Positions 37,326 to 50,206 of a stretch of DNA of 64,000 nt are shown in pieces. The DNA is from Felis catus (Eukaryota), in contig NC_058369.1 in the NCBI RefSeq assembly GCF_018350175.1, positions 19,594,001-19,658,000 on the forward strand, in the 5' to 3' direction. How positions within the stretch are numbered: position 1 is the stretch's first letter; every line of letters starts with the position of its first letter. The translations under genes and the position numbers were made by a program. The notes beneath the pieces are model-generated. The model searched no databases. It saw only the letters and a list, made by a program, of their open reading frames with translations, and was not told where the DNA came from.

Positions 37326-40234
37326 CATGAGCGGGGGGAGGGGCAGAGAAAGAGGGAGACACAGCATCTGAAGTAGGCTCCAGGCTCCGAGCTGTCAGCA
37401 CAGAGCCCGACAACGTGGGGCTCGAACTCACAGACTGTGAGATCATGACTTGAGCTGAAGTCGGACGCCCAAAGAACTGAGCCACCCAGGTGCCCCGATA
37501 CAACATAAGCTTTTAATTTTGACAAAGTCTAATTTATCTGTTTTCTTTTGCTGCCTGTACTTTTGGTGTCATAGCCAAAAAAAAAAAAAAAAAAAAAAAA
37601 AATCATGACCAAATTCATCATGGAGCTTTTCTTTTGAGAGTTTTATAGTTTTAGCATTTACATGTAGATCTTTGATCCATTTTGAGTTAATTTTTGTATA
37701 TGGTGTAATGTAGGGTTCCAGCTTCATATTTTGTCATGTGGATATCCAGTATCCCAGCACCAATTGTTGAAGAGTCCTTCCCCATTGAATGGACTTTTAG
37801 CATCTTTGTTTGAAAATCACTTGACTATATATGTGAATCTCTACTTCTTTTTAAAAAAATTTTTTTTTCTACATTTATTCATTTTTGAGAGACAGAGACA
37901 GAGCACAAGTGGGGGAGGGGCAGAGAGAGAGGGAGACACAGAATCTGAAGCAGGCTCCAGTCTCTGAGCTGTTAGCACAGAGCCTGACGGAGGGCTCAAC
38001 TCACGGATTGTGAGATCATGACCCGAGCTGAAGTGAGACGCCCAACCGGACTGAGCCACCCAGGCCTCCATGTGAGTGTTTACTTCTGAGCTCTGTTCAA
38101 GTATTTATCTGTCTTTATGCCAGTACCACATTGTTTGGATTACTGTAGTTGTGCAGTAGGTTTTGAAATCAGGAATTGAGTTCTCCAACTTTGTTTTTTC
38201 TCAAGATTGTTTTGGTTATTTGGGGTCCCTCAAGACTCTGTGTGAACTTTAGGATGAAATTTTCTGTTTTTGCAGAAAATGTCATTGGAATTTTGATAGA
38301 GATTGCATTGAATCTGTAGATTGCTTTGAGTAGTGTCATCTTAACAATATTCTTCCAATTAATGACCATCGATGTCTTCACATTTATTTTGGTTGTTTTT
38401 GTTTTCATATTGTTCATTGTTAGTACATGGAAATACAACTGATTTTTGCATGTCAGTTTTATATCCTGCAATTTCTGATGAACTTCTGAGTTTATCTATT
38501 AACTCTGATTTTTTGGGGGAGGGGTATAGATTCTATAAGGTTTTCTACGTATAAGACCATATCATCTGCAAAGAGAGATAATTTTAGTTTTTCTTTTCTA
38601 ATTTGGATGCCTTTTGTTTCTTTTTCTTGCCTAATTGTTGTTGTTGGGACTTCTAGCATTATGTGGAATAAGTGAAAGCAGGCATCTTTGTCTTGTTCCT
38701 GATCTTAGGGGCAAGAAAAGCTTTCAGTATTCATCTTTGAGTATGATGCTAGTTGTGGATTTTTCTTATTGGTTATTTTTTCTTTAGCTTTATATTAATT
38801 TTCCATTTCACTTAGTCCAGACTATTACTTGTTAGTGGCCTTGCTTTGCATGTTTGTATCTATAAAAGTATGTATCATATGAATCTGGGCATTTAATCTC
38901 TTCCTTCTTCTCAGAATTCATGTTTCATTTTGCTGGTAGTTCTGTGTCCTTCCTCAGTCCCGATTCATTCTTTCTTACCATATTAGTTAATATTTAAGGT
39001 GAATATACTAAGAACATTTATATAATTTTAAAGAATAATTTATTTTTTAAATTTTTATTTATTTTTTAAAGAATAATTTAAATCTACACAAGTTAACATG
39101 TGGTTATTGTTGGAAAACTAGATGGTAGAGATGAATAAAACACAATTTATTTGGCCCTAATCTTACTACTCAGAGATATTTATATTATGGTTCCCCCTAG
39201 ATTACTCTAATCAAATGAAAATGATTTGGAAGTTGAATTTGAAGATAAGCTATTTAAATCTTCTTGAGTCAGCACATAAGAGTGGTTCTCACATGTACTT
39301 TCACTTAGGGATATTCTAGCTAATTCTTCACTCCATAGAGACTATGTAGTTTAAATCCCAGTGTGGAGAGAAAGGAACTCATGCGATTGTAATGGTTGGA
39401 GATTGGTGGAAGCATTTTAAACAGATTTAATATGAAGATATAAGTGGATAGAAATTGTTGAAGAATAATTCATCCCCAAAAATGTAGAATTTGAAATGAT
39501 TTTAGTTATGATTTGGGGGTGGAAGATAAAGATGGTACTGAGATGAACATGATACAAAGATTGGCAAGATAGTATCAGCTTTAGTTGTTATATTGAGCCT
39601 TTGGTATTAAGAGGGAAAGTTTCTTGGCAAGAGTAGAAGAGGAAGAAGTTTTTTTTTTTTGAGGTAATTAAAAACATAGGTAGTAACATGAAATTAAAAG
39701 TATAAGTCTAACTGGCAAGTCAAGATACCTCATTGAGTTTTTTTTTTAATTGATTCAGTATACATTTGTAGAAGATTTGGTACCTAGGGTCTGTGGAACA
39801 ATGAAGGAAGAAGGTACAGGTCTATCTAAAAACCTTTAATCTGGAGGATTGTGAAAATTAGATTTGGGAAGTTATATTTTATGAAGGTAATAATTGAAAC
39901 AATGCCAGTAGACAGGAGTTTTTAGCTAAGAATTATATATTCATGGAATTTTGGGTCTGGAAGAGACCACAATGATGTAGCTCAGTCTTTATGTTTTTCT
40001 GATGGAATCAGCAAGGTCAGAGATGTATAGTGACTTGCTCGTGGTCACCCACTTTGGCTGGCTATTTAGGTCTTGAATTCAGATCCTGATTCCCTTTACA
40101 GGGTTTTTCTCCTTTATCACTCAATCTTGGGAAAAACAAAAAAAAACCCACATGAGAAGATAGGAATCAGCCTAGAAATATTTATCAGATGCCTGCAATG
40201 TGGCATCAAACATTCCTGCGCTTGAGGAATTTAT

Positions 40235-40700
40235 TCAAAGGATTCTTTCAACTATAATAGAAGTCCATCTCAAATTGAAGCAGAAGGGAGAATGTATTGG
40301 TTTATGGAACCAAAAAAGACATGAATGAATCTGGCCTCAGGATAGACTGGGACCAGGGCCTCAAGACATCAGAACCTCTCTGTCTCCTTCTTATATTTAG
40401 CATATGTCTATGTGTTAGATTCTTTTTTTGAGGTTATTAACTTTAAATTTACTCCTTTAATTATTGGGAAACATAGCTCCTGGAATCTCTGGGGTTACAT
40501 CTTTACAGTGCATCATGGAATAGGAAAAGAGTTATTTCCTGTTGGAAAGACTTCAGGGAATGAATGTTATGGCCCAGTCTACTTCACATGCCAACCTTTG
40601 GTTGAAGGGGGTCTGACTGACAGTCCCAGTGAATGACATAGAGTGGGGAAACTTTTGTAAAGGGTGAGGATTAGGAATGCTTGGCACACAGAACAGGAAG
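40235..40700. mobile_element. MLT1-like (ERVL-MaLR) LTR
   Basis: aagggagaatgtattggtt...tctggcctcagga...ccagggcctcaa pattern. Confidence 0.55.
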
Positions 40701-42569
40701 AAGACTACCGGACACACATACACATCATGCACACACAAAACCATAGTAAATGTCAAATGTAGAAGTAGAATGTGCCACAGGAGTTCAGAGTCTGGGGACA
40801 CCAGGAAATATTCCCAAGGGTGAAATAACTGAGTCTTGATGAGTGAATAGGATTTTTGTGAGCGAAGAGGAAGCATGAAGGGAGATTCAGCCAGTAGGAA
40901 ACAGTGAGATATGACCTAGAGACTTGTGCAGGGTGTTTCTGGAGAACTATGAATAGACCCAACTCCTGTGACATTGGAGAAGATTGGGAAGATGCGTTTG
41001 GTTGATAGTGTGAAGGGCCTTGAATGCCAAGTTAAGGAGTTTGACCCTTATTCTGTGGCAGTGGGGAGCCATTGAAACATTTTGATCAAGGGAAAAGATA
41101 TTTTGGGAAGGTAATCAGAGGAGCAGAAGAGTGATTTTAGATTAGAAAAACTAGATAAAGGAATAATGGAATTTATTTCCAGAGGAACTAAGCAATACTG
41201 TTCCTAAGATAGAAAACCTATAATAATTGTGAACAAATCACTTAACTACTTCCTGTTTGCCTCATCAGTAAAATAAATATATCCATCTTTCCTTACTTGA
41301 GATCAGAGTTTATATATAATTTTAGTAAGAAAATATTGTGTGGTAGTAGGCATTATTGCTTTATAAATGACTTTATTAACTTTGATACGTATGAGAGAGT
41401 GTTCTTCTCTATGGTATTTGGAGATTGTAAGTTGGAAATAGATTATTTGTTGAGGAAATGACAGTTATGTTTTATTAGTTCATAAAGTAAATGGAATTAA
41501 TACCTTGGGCTTGATTTTCTTTTAGAATATTTCAATTAGTTAAATGACAGAAACAAGTTCTGAAATTAAACTTTAGTGTGATGTGTTAATATTCTTTTTT
41601 CATTTTAGTCTTACAATTTTTTTATTACTAAGAATTCTCAAAACTGCCTTTGTAACTGGGATTTTTGACACCTGTACCCTTTAAAACAGTACTAGAACTG
41701 CTGTGTACACTGTTTGTGCTCTGGGGGTCTCAAATTCTTGGAGACAATGTTCTTTCAACTCTTCTGTCTGCATCTCTCCCTAGTAATTCATGGTCTCTGT
41801 GGCCAGGATGGGAGACAGACCCACTTGCTGTCCTTTTTTGTCTATCCTCCATGCCTCTACCCTTAGCTTCCCTCTTTCCCACTCTGAAGGCGTTTCTTTG
41901 AAATCTTTGTACTTCTCCTGACTCACCAGGCATTACATGCTCACCTTCCCACCTCATAATTGAAACTCATTTGGGACTCTGAATAGCTAGTTTATCTCTT
42001 ACATTAAGGCATTTCAACCCCTTTAAAATTTCTCTTTGCCCAAAATGTGTTTGAAAAACATTTTAAAAAGGTAGCCTCTAACTTAAAGTGCTTTATCTAG
42101 AAATGGAAAAAGATTATCCAGTATCTCTAATTTATAAGCATCTGGTTTTTAAAGTTGAGGCTCAGAATTTTGTTCTGAGGACTAGTGTTTGTATTAAAAG
42201 GTTTAGCAATGATTTTTTTTTAAATTTCACATAGAGGAAAGTAAGATTTACTATTCTATGATATTTTTGTATTACTAGAATTATACTGAAAAGAGTACAA
42301 CTTTAGAGACACTATGGAATGCTTATGTAGGTTCAGTATGCTTATACGTGGCATAAGCAAATACAGTGTACTTAATTCAGAAGAATCCTTATGGATTTAA
42401 AAAAGTTATGGAAGTAATGCTTGTGAGAGCCTCCTTTTAACTCATACCCCTACACCTTCCTCCCAGATGTATCCCTGTTTCCCCCCTCAGGTAACTGCTG
42501 TTGGTGTTTCAGACTCTTTCTATGTGTAGATAAAAATGTACAGATGTACATATTTTTTCACAGTAAGCA

Positions 42570-43280
42570 CTGGAATAATAATTTTAAACACATAGCATTT
42601 ACTTTGTACTAGGCACTATTGTTAAGCACTTTACATTTGTTAACTCTTTTTTTTTTAATTTTTTTTTAACGTTTATTTACTTTTGAGACAGAGAGAGACA
42701 GAGCATGAATGGGGGGAGGGTCAGAGAGAGAGGGAGACACAGAATCCGAAGCAGGCTCCAGGCTCTTTGCCGTCAGCACAGAGCCCGACGTGGGGCTTGA
42801 ACTCACGGACCGTGAGATCATGACCTGAGCCAAAGTCGGCCGCCCAACCGACTGAGCCACCCAGGTGCCCCTATTAACTCCTTTTTTTATGTTTATTTAT
42901 TTTTGAGGCAGAGAGAGAGCATGAACAGGGGAGGGTCAGAGAGAGGGAGACACAGAATCTGAAGCAGTCTCCAGGCTCCGAGCTGTTGGCACAGAGCCTG
43001 ACGCGGGGCTCGAACTCACAGACTGGGAAATCATGACCTGAGCCAAAGTCGGGTGCTTAACCGACTGAGCTACCCAGGCGCCCCAACATTTATTAACTCT
43101 TTAAATCCTCACTGTAATTCCATGAAGTATATATTATTATTAGCCCTGTATTTAAAGATGAGGAAACAGACACGGGAAGGCTAAGCACCTTGCTCAAGGT
43201 TATACAACTGGTAAGTGGTAGAGCTAAGATTCAAACCCAGGCATTCTGGTTTTGGAGTCTGCTTCTTCAGCCACTAGCTT
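42570..43280 (-). mobile_element. MIR interrupted by two Can-SINEs (42648-42871, 42883-43084)
   Basis: MIR core gatgaggaaacagacac...gattcaaacccagg; ttaactc repeated at the SINE boundaries. Confidence 0.8.
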
Positions 43281-43419
43281 TAGTAGGAAGATGCCTATGT
43301 CTCTGTGGCCACTAAGTCAGAACAAACCTACTTTTGTCCCAGATCATTGACTTAAGGAAACAAATCTTGGTTTTGTTTTTAAAACCTTTTAGGTAAAAGT
43401 TTATTATGTATCATTCGTG

Positions 43420-43632
43420 TTTTATAGCTGTCATCTTTCCTCTATTCTCATGGTGCTTTTTTGAGGGGGAAAGGGGTAAATGTCAAATTCCATTTTGAGA
43501 ATCTGTTTAATGTTATGGACCATTTCTCTTCAGGAACATCCACATATGCAAAAATAAAAGTTTACTAGACATATCGGAGTATTTATGGACTTTAAGCTCA
43601 TCTTTGGGCTAAGCTGAAGAACCTCTACTTTA
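43420..43632. mobile_element. MER103-like hAT MITE
   Basis: tttgagaatctg...tatggacc...gaagaacctct pattern. Confidence 0.5.
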
Positions 43633-43862
43633 AACATTTCAATTTGTCTTTTCTCTCCATTGTATATACATTGTTTTTAGCCAGCTCTTTATGTTACTAA
43701 TTTACTTCTTTATAGGGTTGTTTCTACTTCTTTTTGTTTCTTTCTACTTACCATTTTGCTATTTTTCTTCTTATTTTAGTATCATTATGTACTCATGGAT
43801 TTTTATTTATTCCATATGATATAATTAGTAATTTTGACTGTAATTCTCAAATTGTTTTAATG

Positions 43863-44053
43863 ATTTTTTTAATGTTTGTTTATTTTTGAGAGAGTGCAAG
43901 TGGGGAAGGGGGAGAGAAGGGGGATAGAGGATCCAAAAGCAGGCTTAGCCCTGATAGCAGTGAGCCCAGTGTGGGGAGTTGAACTCACAAACTGCGAGAT
44001 CATGGCCTGAGCCGAAGTTGGGCACTCAACTGACTGAACCACCCAGGTGCCCC
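43863..44053 (-). mobile_element. Can-SINE
   Basis: TSD caaattgtt(t/c)taatg. Confidence 0.88.
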
Positions 44054-44068
44054 AAATTGTTCTAATGC

Positions 44069-44517
44069 TTTTATTTTATTTTTTTAATTTTATTTTTATT
44101 TTTTATTATTTATTTATTTATTTATAATATGAAATTTATTGTCAAATTGGTTTCCATACAACACCCAGTGCTCATCCCAACAGGTGACCTCCTCAGTACT
44201 CCTCACCTACCCTCCCCTCCCTCACACCCCCATCAAACCTCAGTTTGTTCTCAGTTTTTAAGAGTCTCTTATGTTTTGGCTCCCTCCCTCTCTAACCTTT
44301 TTTTTTTTTTTTCCCTCCTTCCCCTCTCCCATGGTCTTCAGTTAAGTTTCTCAGGATCCACATAAGAGTGAAAACATATGGTATCTGTCTTTCTCTGTAT
44401 GACTTATTTCACTTAGCATAACAATCTGCAGTTCCATCCACATTGCTACAAAAGGCCATATTTCATTCTTTCTCATTGCCAAGTAGTATTCCATTGTATA
44501 TATAAACCACAACTTCT
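44069..44517 (-). mobile_element. 5'-truncated L1 3' end that hosts the full-length L1
   Basis: T-rich tail, then the reverse complement of the L1 3'UTR/ORF2 end; a few bases (ttat) resume after the right TSD. Confidence 0.9.
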
Positions 44518-45446
44518 GAGGGGTTTGCAAGATGGCGGCTTAGGAGGACGCTGGGCTCACCGCACGTCCTGCTGATCACTTAGATTCCACCTACACCTGC
44601 CTAAATAACCCAGAAAACCGCCAGAGGATTAGCAGAACGGAGTCGCCGGAGCCAAACGCAGACGAGAGGCCCACGGAAGAGGGTAGGAAGGGCGGCGAGG
44701 CGGTGCGCGCTCCACGGACAGGGGGGAGGGAGCCGAGGCGGAGGGGCGGCTCGCCGGCCAAGCAGAGCCCCCGAGTCTGGCTTGCAAAAGCGGAGGGGCC
44801 TGACGGACTGTGTTCCCACAACAAGCGCGACTTAGCGTCTGGGAGGTCATAAGTTAACAGCTCTGCTCGGAAAGCGGGAAGGCTGGAGGACAAAGGGAGG
44901 GAGAGCTGCTGAGCCCCCTGACAACAGAGCTCAGTTTGGTGGGGAACAAAGGCGCTCGCCAGCGCCATCTCCCCCGCCCATCCCCCAGCCAAAATCCCAA
45001 AGAGAACCGGTTCCTGCCAGGGAACTCGCTCACTCCGCGCAAACACCCAACTCTGTGCTTCTGCGGAGCCAAACCTCCGGCAGCGGATCTGACTCCCTCC
45101 CGCTGCCACAGGGCCCCTCCTGAAGTGGATCACCTAAGGAGAAGCAAGCTAAGCCTGCCCCTCCTGCCCCTGTGCACCTTGCCTACCCACCCCAGCTAAT
45201 ACGCCAGATCCCCAGCATCACAAGCCTGGCAGTGTGCAAGTAGCCCAGACGGGCCACACCACCCCACAGTGAATCCCGCCCCTAGGAGAGGGGAAGAGAA
45301 GGCACACACCAGTCTGACTGTGGCCCCAGCGGTGGGCTGGGGGCAGACATCAGGTCTGACTGCGGCCCCGCCCACCAACTCCAGTTATACACCACAGCAC
45401 AGGGGAAGTGCCCTGCAGGTCCTCACAATGCCAGGGACTATCCAAA
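44518..45446 (+). promoter_or_regulatory. L1 5'UTR internal promoter with YY1 site
   Basis: AAGATGGCGGC at 44529-44539, 12 nt into the element; many CpGs retained. Confidence 0.8.
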
Positions 45447-46340
45447 ATGACCAAGCGGAAGAATTCCCCTCAGAAGAATCTCCAGGAAATAACAACAGCT
45501 AATGAGCTGATCAAAAAGGATTCAAATAATATAACAGAAAGTGAATTTAGAATAATAGTCATAAAATTAATCGCTGGGCTTGAAAACAGTATAGAGGACA
45601 GCAGAGAATCTCTTGCTACAGAGATCAAGGGACTAAGGAACAGTCACGAGGAGCTGAAAAACGCTTTAAACGAAATGCATAACAAAATGGAAACCACCAC
45701 AGCTCGGCTTGAAGAGGCAGAGGAGAGAATAGGTGAACTAGAAGATAAAGTTATGGAAAAAGAGGAAGCTGAGAAAAAGAGAGATAAAAAAATCCAGGAG
45801 TATGAGGGGAAAATTAGAGAACTAAGTGATACACTAAAAAGAAATAATATACGCATAATTGGTATCCCAGAGGAGGAAGAGAGAGGGAAAGGTGCTGAAG
45901 GGGTACTTGAAGAAATAATAGCTGAGAACTTCCCTGAACTGGGGAAGGAAAAAGGCATTGAAATCCAAGAGGCACAGAGAACGCCCTTCAGACGTAACTT
46001 GAATCGATCTTCTGCACGACATATCATAGTGAAACTGGCAAAATACAAGGATAAAGAGAAAATTCTGAAAGCAGCAAGGGGTAAACGTGCCCTCACATAT
46101 AAAGGGAGACCTATAAGATTCGTGACTGATCTCTCTTTTGAAACTTGGCAGGCCAGAAAGAATTGGCACGAGATTTTCAGGGTGCTAGACAGAAAAAATA
46201 TGCAGCCGAGAATCCTTTACCCAGCAAGTCTGTCATTTAGAATAGAAGGAGAGATAAAGGTCTTCCCAAACAAACAAAAACTGAAGGAATTTGTCACCAC
46301 TAAACCAGCCCTACAAGAGATCCTAAGGGGGACCCTGTGA
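45447..46340 (+). CDS. L1 ORF1p, RNA-binding chaperone (297 aa, open)
   Basis: MTKRKNSPQK start, coiled coil, RNNIRIIGIPEEEE, RHIIVKL and ILYPASLSF motifs typical of ORF1p. Confidence 0.93.
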   Translation: MTKRKNSPQKNLQEITTANELIKKDSNNITESEFRIIVIKLIAGLENSIEDSRESLATEIKGLRNSHEELKNALNEMHNKMETTTARLEEAEERIGELEDKVMEKEEAEKKRDKKIQEYEGKIRELSDTLKRNNIRIIGIPEEEERGKGAEGVLEEIIAENFPELGKEKGIEIQEAQRTPFRRNLNRSSARHIIVKLAKYKDKEKILKAARGKRALTYKGRPIRFVTDLSFETWQARKNWHEIFRVLDRKNMQPRILYPASLSFRIEGEIKVFPNKQKLKEFVTTKPALQEILRGTL

Positions 46341-46390
46341 GACAAAGTCCCAGAGACATCACTACAAGCATAAAACATACAGACATCACA

Positions 46391-49300
46391 ATGACTCTAC
46401 ACCCGTATCTTTCTATAATAACACTGAATGTAAATGGATTAAATGCGCCAACCAAAAGACATAGGGTATCAGAATGGATAAAAAACAAGACCCATCTATT
46501 TGCTGTCTACAAGAGACTCATTTTAGACCTGAGGACACCTTTAGATTGAGAGTGAGGGGATGGAGAACTATTTATCATGCGACTGGAAGCCAAAAGAAAG
46601 CTGGAGTAGCCATACTTATATCAGACAAACTAGACTTTAAATTAAAGGCTGTAACAAGAGATGAAGAAGGACATTATACAATAGTTACAGGGTCCATCCA
46701 TCAGGAAGAGCTAACAATTATAAATGTCTATGCGCCGAATACCGGAGCCCCCAAATATATAAAACAATTACTCATAAACATAAGCAACCTTATTGAGAAG
46801 AATGTCGTAATTGCAGGGGACTTTAACACCCCACTTACAGAAATGGATAGATCATCTAGATACACGGTCAATAAAGAAACAAGGGCCCTGAATGAGACAT
46901 TGGATCAGATGGACTTGACAGATATATTTAGCACTCTACATCCCAAAGCAACAGAATATACTTTCTTCTCGAGTGCACATGGAACATTCTCCAAGATAGA
47001 TCATATACTGGGTCACAAAACAGCCCTTCATAAGTTTACAAGAATTGAAATTATACCATGCATACTTTCAGACCACAATGCTATGAAGCTTGAAATCAAC
47101 CACAGAAAAAAGTCTGGAAAACCTCCAAAAGCATGGAGGTTAAAGAACACCCTACTAACGAATGAGTGGGTCAACCAGGCAATTAGAGAAGAAATTAAAA
47201 AATATATGGAAACAAACGAAAATGAAAATACCACAATCCAAACGCTCTGGGACGCAGCGAAGGCAGTCCTGAGAGGAAAATACATTGCAATCCAGGCCTA
47301 TCTCAAGAAACAAGAAAAATCCCAAATACAAAATCTAACAGCACACCTAAAGGAACTAGAAGCAGAACAGCCTAAACCCAGCAGAAGAAGGGAAATAATA
47401 AAGATCAGAGCAGAAATAAACAATATAGAATCTAAAAAAACTGTAGAGCAGATCAACGAAACCAAGAGTTGGTTTTTTGAAAAAATAAACAAAATTGACA
47501 AACCTCTCGCCAGGCTTCTCAAAAAGAAAAGGGAGATGACCCAAATAGATAAAATCATGAATGAAAATGGAATTATTACAACCAATCCCTCAGAGATACA
47601 AACAATTATCAGGGAATACTATGAAAAATTACATGCCAACAAATTGGACAACCTGGAAGAAATGGACAAATTCCTGAACACCCACACTCTTCCAAAACTC
47701 AATCAGGAGGAAATAGAAAGCTTGAACAGACCCATAACCAGCGAAGACATTGAATCGGTTATCAAAAATCTCCCAACAAATAAGAGTCCAGGACCAGATG
47801 GCTTCCCAGGGGAGTTCTACCAGACGTTTAAAGCAGAGATAATACTTATCCTTCTCAAGCTATTCCAAGAAATAGAAAGGGAAGGAAAACTTCCAGACTC
47901 ATTCTATGAAGCCAGTATTACTTTGATTCCTAAACCAGACAGAGACCCAGTAAAAAAAGAGAACTACAGGCCAATATCCCTGATGAATATGGATGCAAAA
48001 ATTCTCAATAAGATACTAGCAAATCGAATTCAACGGCATATAAAAAGAATTATTCACCATGATCAAGTGGGATTCATTCCTGGGATGCAGGGCTGGTTCA
48101 ACATTCGCAAATCAATCAACGTGATACATCACATTAACAAAAAAAAAGAGAAGAACCATATGATCCTGTCAATCGATGCAGAAAAGGCCTTTGACAAAAA
48201 TCCAGCACCCTTTCTTAATAAAAACCCTTGAGAAAGTCGGGATAGAAGGAACATACTTAAAGATCATAAAAGCCATTTATGAAAAGCCCACAGCTAACAT
48301 CATCCTCAACGGGGAAAAACTGAGAGCTTTTTCCCTGAGATCAGGAACACGACAAGGATTCCCACTCTCACCGCTGCTGTTTAACATAGTGCTGGAAGTT
48401 CTAGCATCAGCAATCAGACAACAAAAGGAAATCAAAGGCATCAAAATTGGCAAAGATGAAGTCAAGCTTTCGCTTTTTGCAGATGACATGATATTATACG
48501 TGGAAAATCCGATAGACTCCACCAAAAGTCTGCTAGAACTGATACAGGAATTCAGCAAAGTTGCAGGATACAAAATCAATGTACAGAAATCAGATGCATT
48601 CTTATACACTAACAATGAAGCAACAGAAAGACAAATAAAGAAACTGATCCCATTCACAATTGCACCAAGAAGCATAAAATACCTAGGAATAAATCTAACC
48701 AAAGATGTAAAGGATCTGTATGCTGAAAACTATAGAAAGCTTATGAAGGAAATTGAAGAAGATTTAAAGAAATGGAAAGACATTCCCTGCTCATGGGTTG
48801 GAAAAATAAATATTGTCAAAATGTCAATACTACCCAAAGCTATCTACACATTCAATGCAATCCCAATCAAAATTGCACCAGCATTCTTCTCGAAACTAGA
48901 ACAAGCAATCCTCAAATTCATATGGAACCACAAAAGGCCCCGAATAGCCAAAGGAATTTTGAAGAAGAAGACCAAAGCAGGAGGCATCACAATCCCAGCC
49001 TTTAGCCTCTACTACAAAGCTGTCATCATCAAGACAGCATGGTATTGGCACAAAAACAGACACATAGACCAATGGAATAGAATAGAAACCCCAGAACTAG
49101 ACCCACAAACGTACGGCCAACTCATCTTTGACAAAGCAGGAAAGAACATCCAATGGAAAAAAGACAGCCTCTTTAACAAATGGTGCTGGGAGAACTGGAC
49201 AGCAACATGCAGAAGGTTGAAACTAGACCACTTTCTCACACCATTCACAAAAATAAACTCAAAATGGATAAAGGACCTAAATGTGAGACAGGAAACCATC

Positions 49301-50206
49301 AAAACCTTAGAGGAGAAAGCAGGAAAAGACCTCTCTGACCTCAGCCGTAGCAATCTCTTACTCGACACATCCCCAAAGGCAAGGGAATTAAAAGCAAAAG
49401 TGAATTACTGGGACCTTATGAAGGTAAAAAGCTTCTGCACAGCAAAGGAAACAACCAACAAAACTAAAAGGCAACCAACGGAATGGGAAAAGATATTCGC
49501 GAAGGACATATCGGACAAAGGGCTAGTATCCAAAATCTATAAAGAGCTCACCAAACTCCACACCCGAAAAACAAATAACCCAGTGAAGAAATGGGCAGAA
49601 AACATGAATAGACACTTCTCTAAAGAAGACATCCGGATGGCCAACAGGCACATGAAAAGATGTTCAGCGTCGCTCCTTATCAGGGAAATACAAATCAAAA
49701 CCACACTCAGGTATCCCCTCACGCCAGTCAGAGTGGCCAAAATGAACAAATCAGGAGACTATAGATGCTGGAGAGGATGTGGAGAAACGGGAACCCTCTT
49801 GCACTGTTGGTGGGAATGCAAATTGGTGCAGCCGCTCTGGAAAGCAGTGTGGAGGTTCCTCAGAAAATTAAAAATAGACCTACCCTATGACCCAGCAATA
49901 GCACTGCTAGGAATTTATCCAAGGGATACAGGAGTACTGATGCATAGGGCCACTTGGACCCCAATGTTCATAGCAGCACTCTCAACAATAGCCAAATTAT
50001 GGAAAGAGCCTAAATGTCCATCAACTGATGAATGGATAAAGAAATTGTGGTTTATATACACAATGGAATACTACGTGGCAATGAGAAAAAATGAAATATG
50101 GCCTTTTGTAGCAACGTGGATGGAACTGGAGAGTGTGATGCTAAGTGAAATAAGCCATACAGAGAAAGACAGATACCATATGGTTTCACTCTTATGTGGA
50201 TCCTGA
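46391..50206 (+). pseudogene. L1 ORF2p (APE endonuclease, RT, CCHC domain), disrupted by two frameshifts
   Basis: EN motifs TLNVNG, LQETH, GDFN, KIDH, SDH; RT LFADDM; CWRGC...HCWWEC. A -1 frameshift in the A-run at 46480-46485 and a +1 frameshift in the A-run at 48196-48200. Confidence 0.92.

Larger units (their letters stand above)
32400..38770 (-). mobile_element. Old L1 hosting multiple nested L1s and SINEs
   Basis: Antisense ORF2 text resumes after each insert (e.g. at 36050); several L1 3' ends and five SINEs lie inside. Confidence 0.85.

Noticed and set aside
45644..49749. Antisense ORFs within the L1
   Set aside because: Shadow frames of the A-rich ORF1/ORF2.
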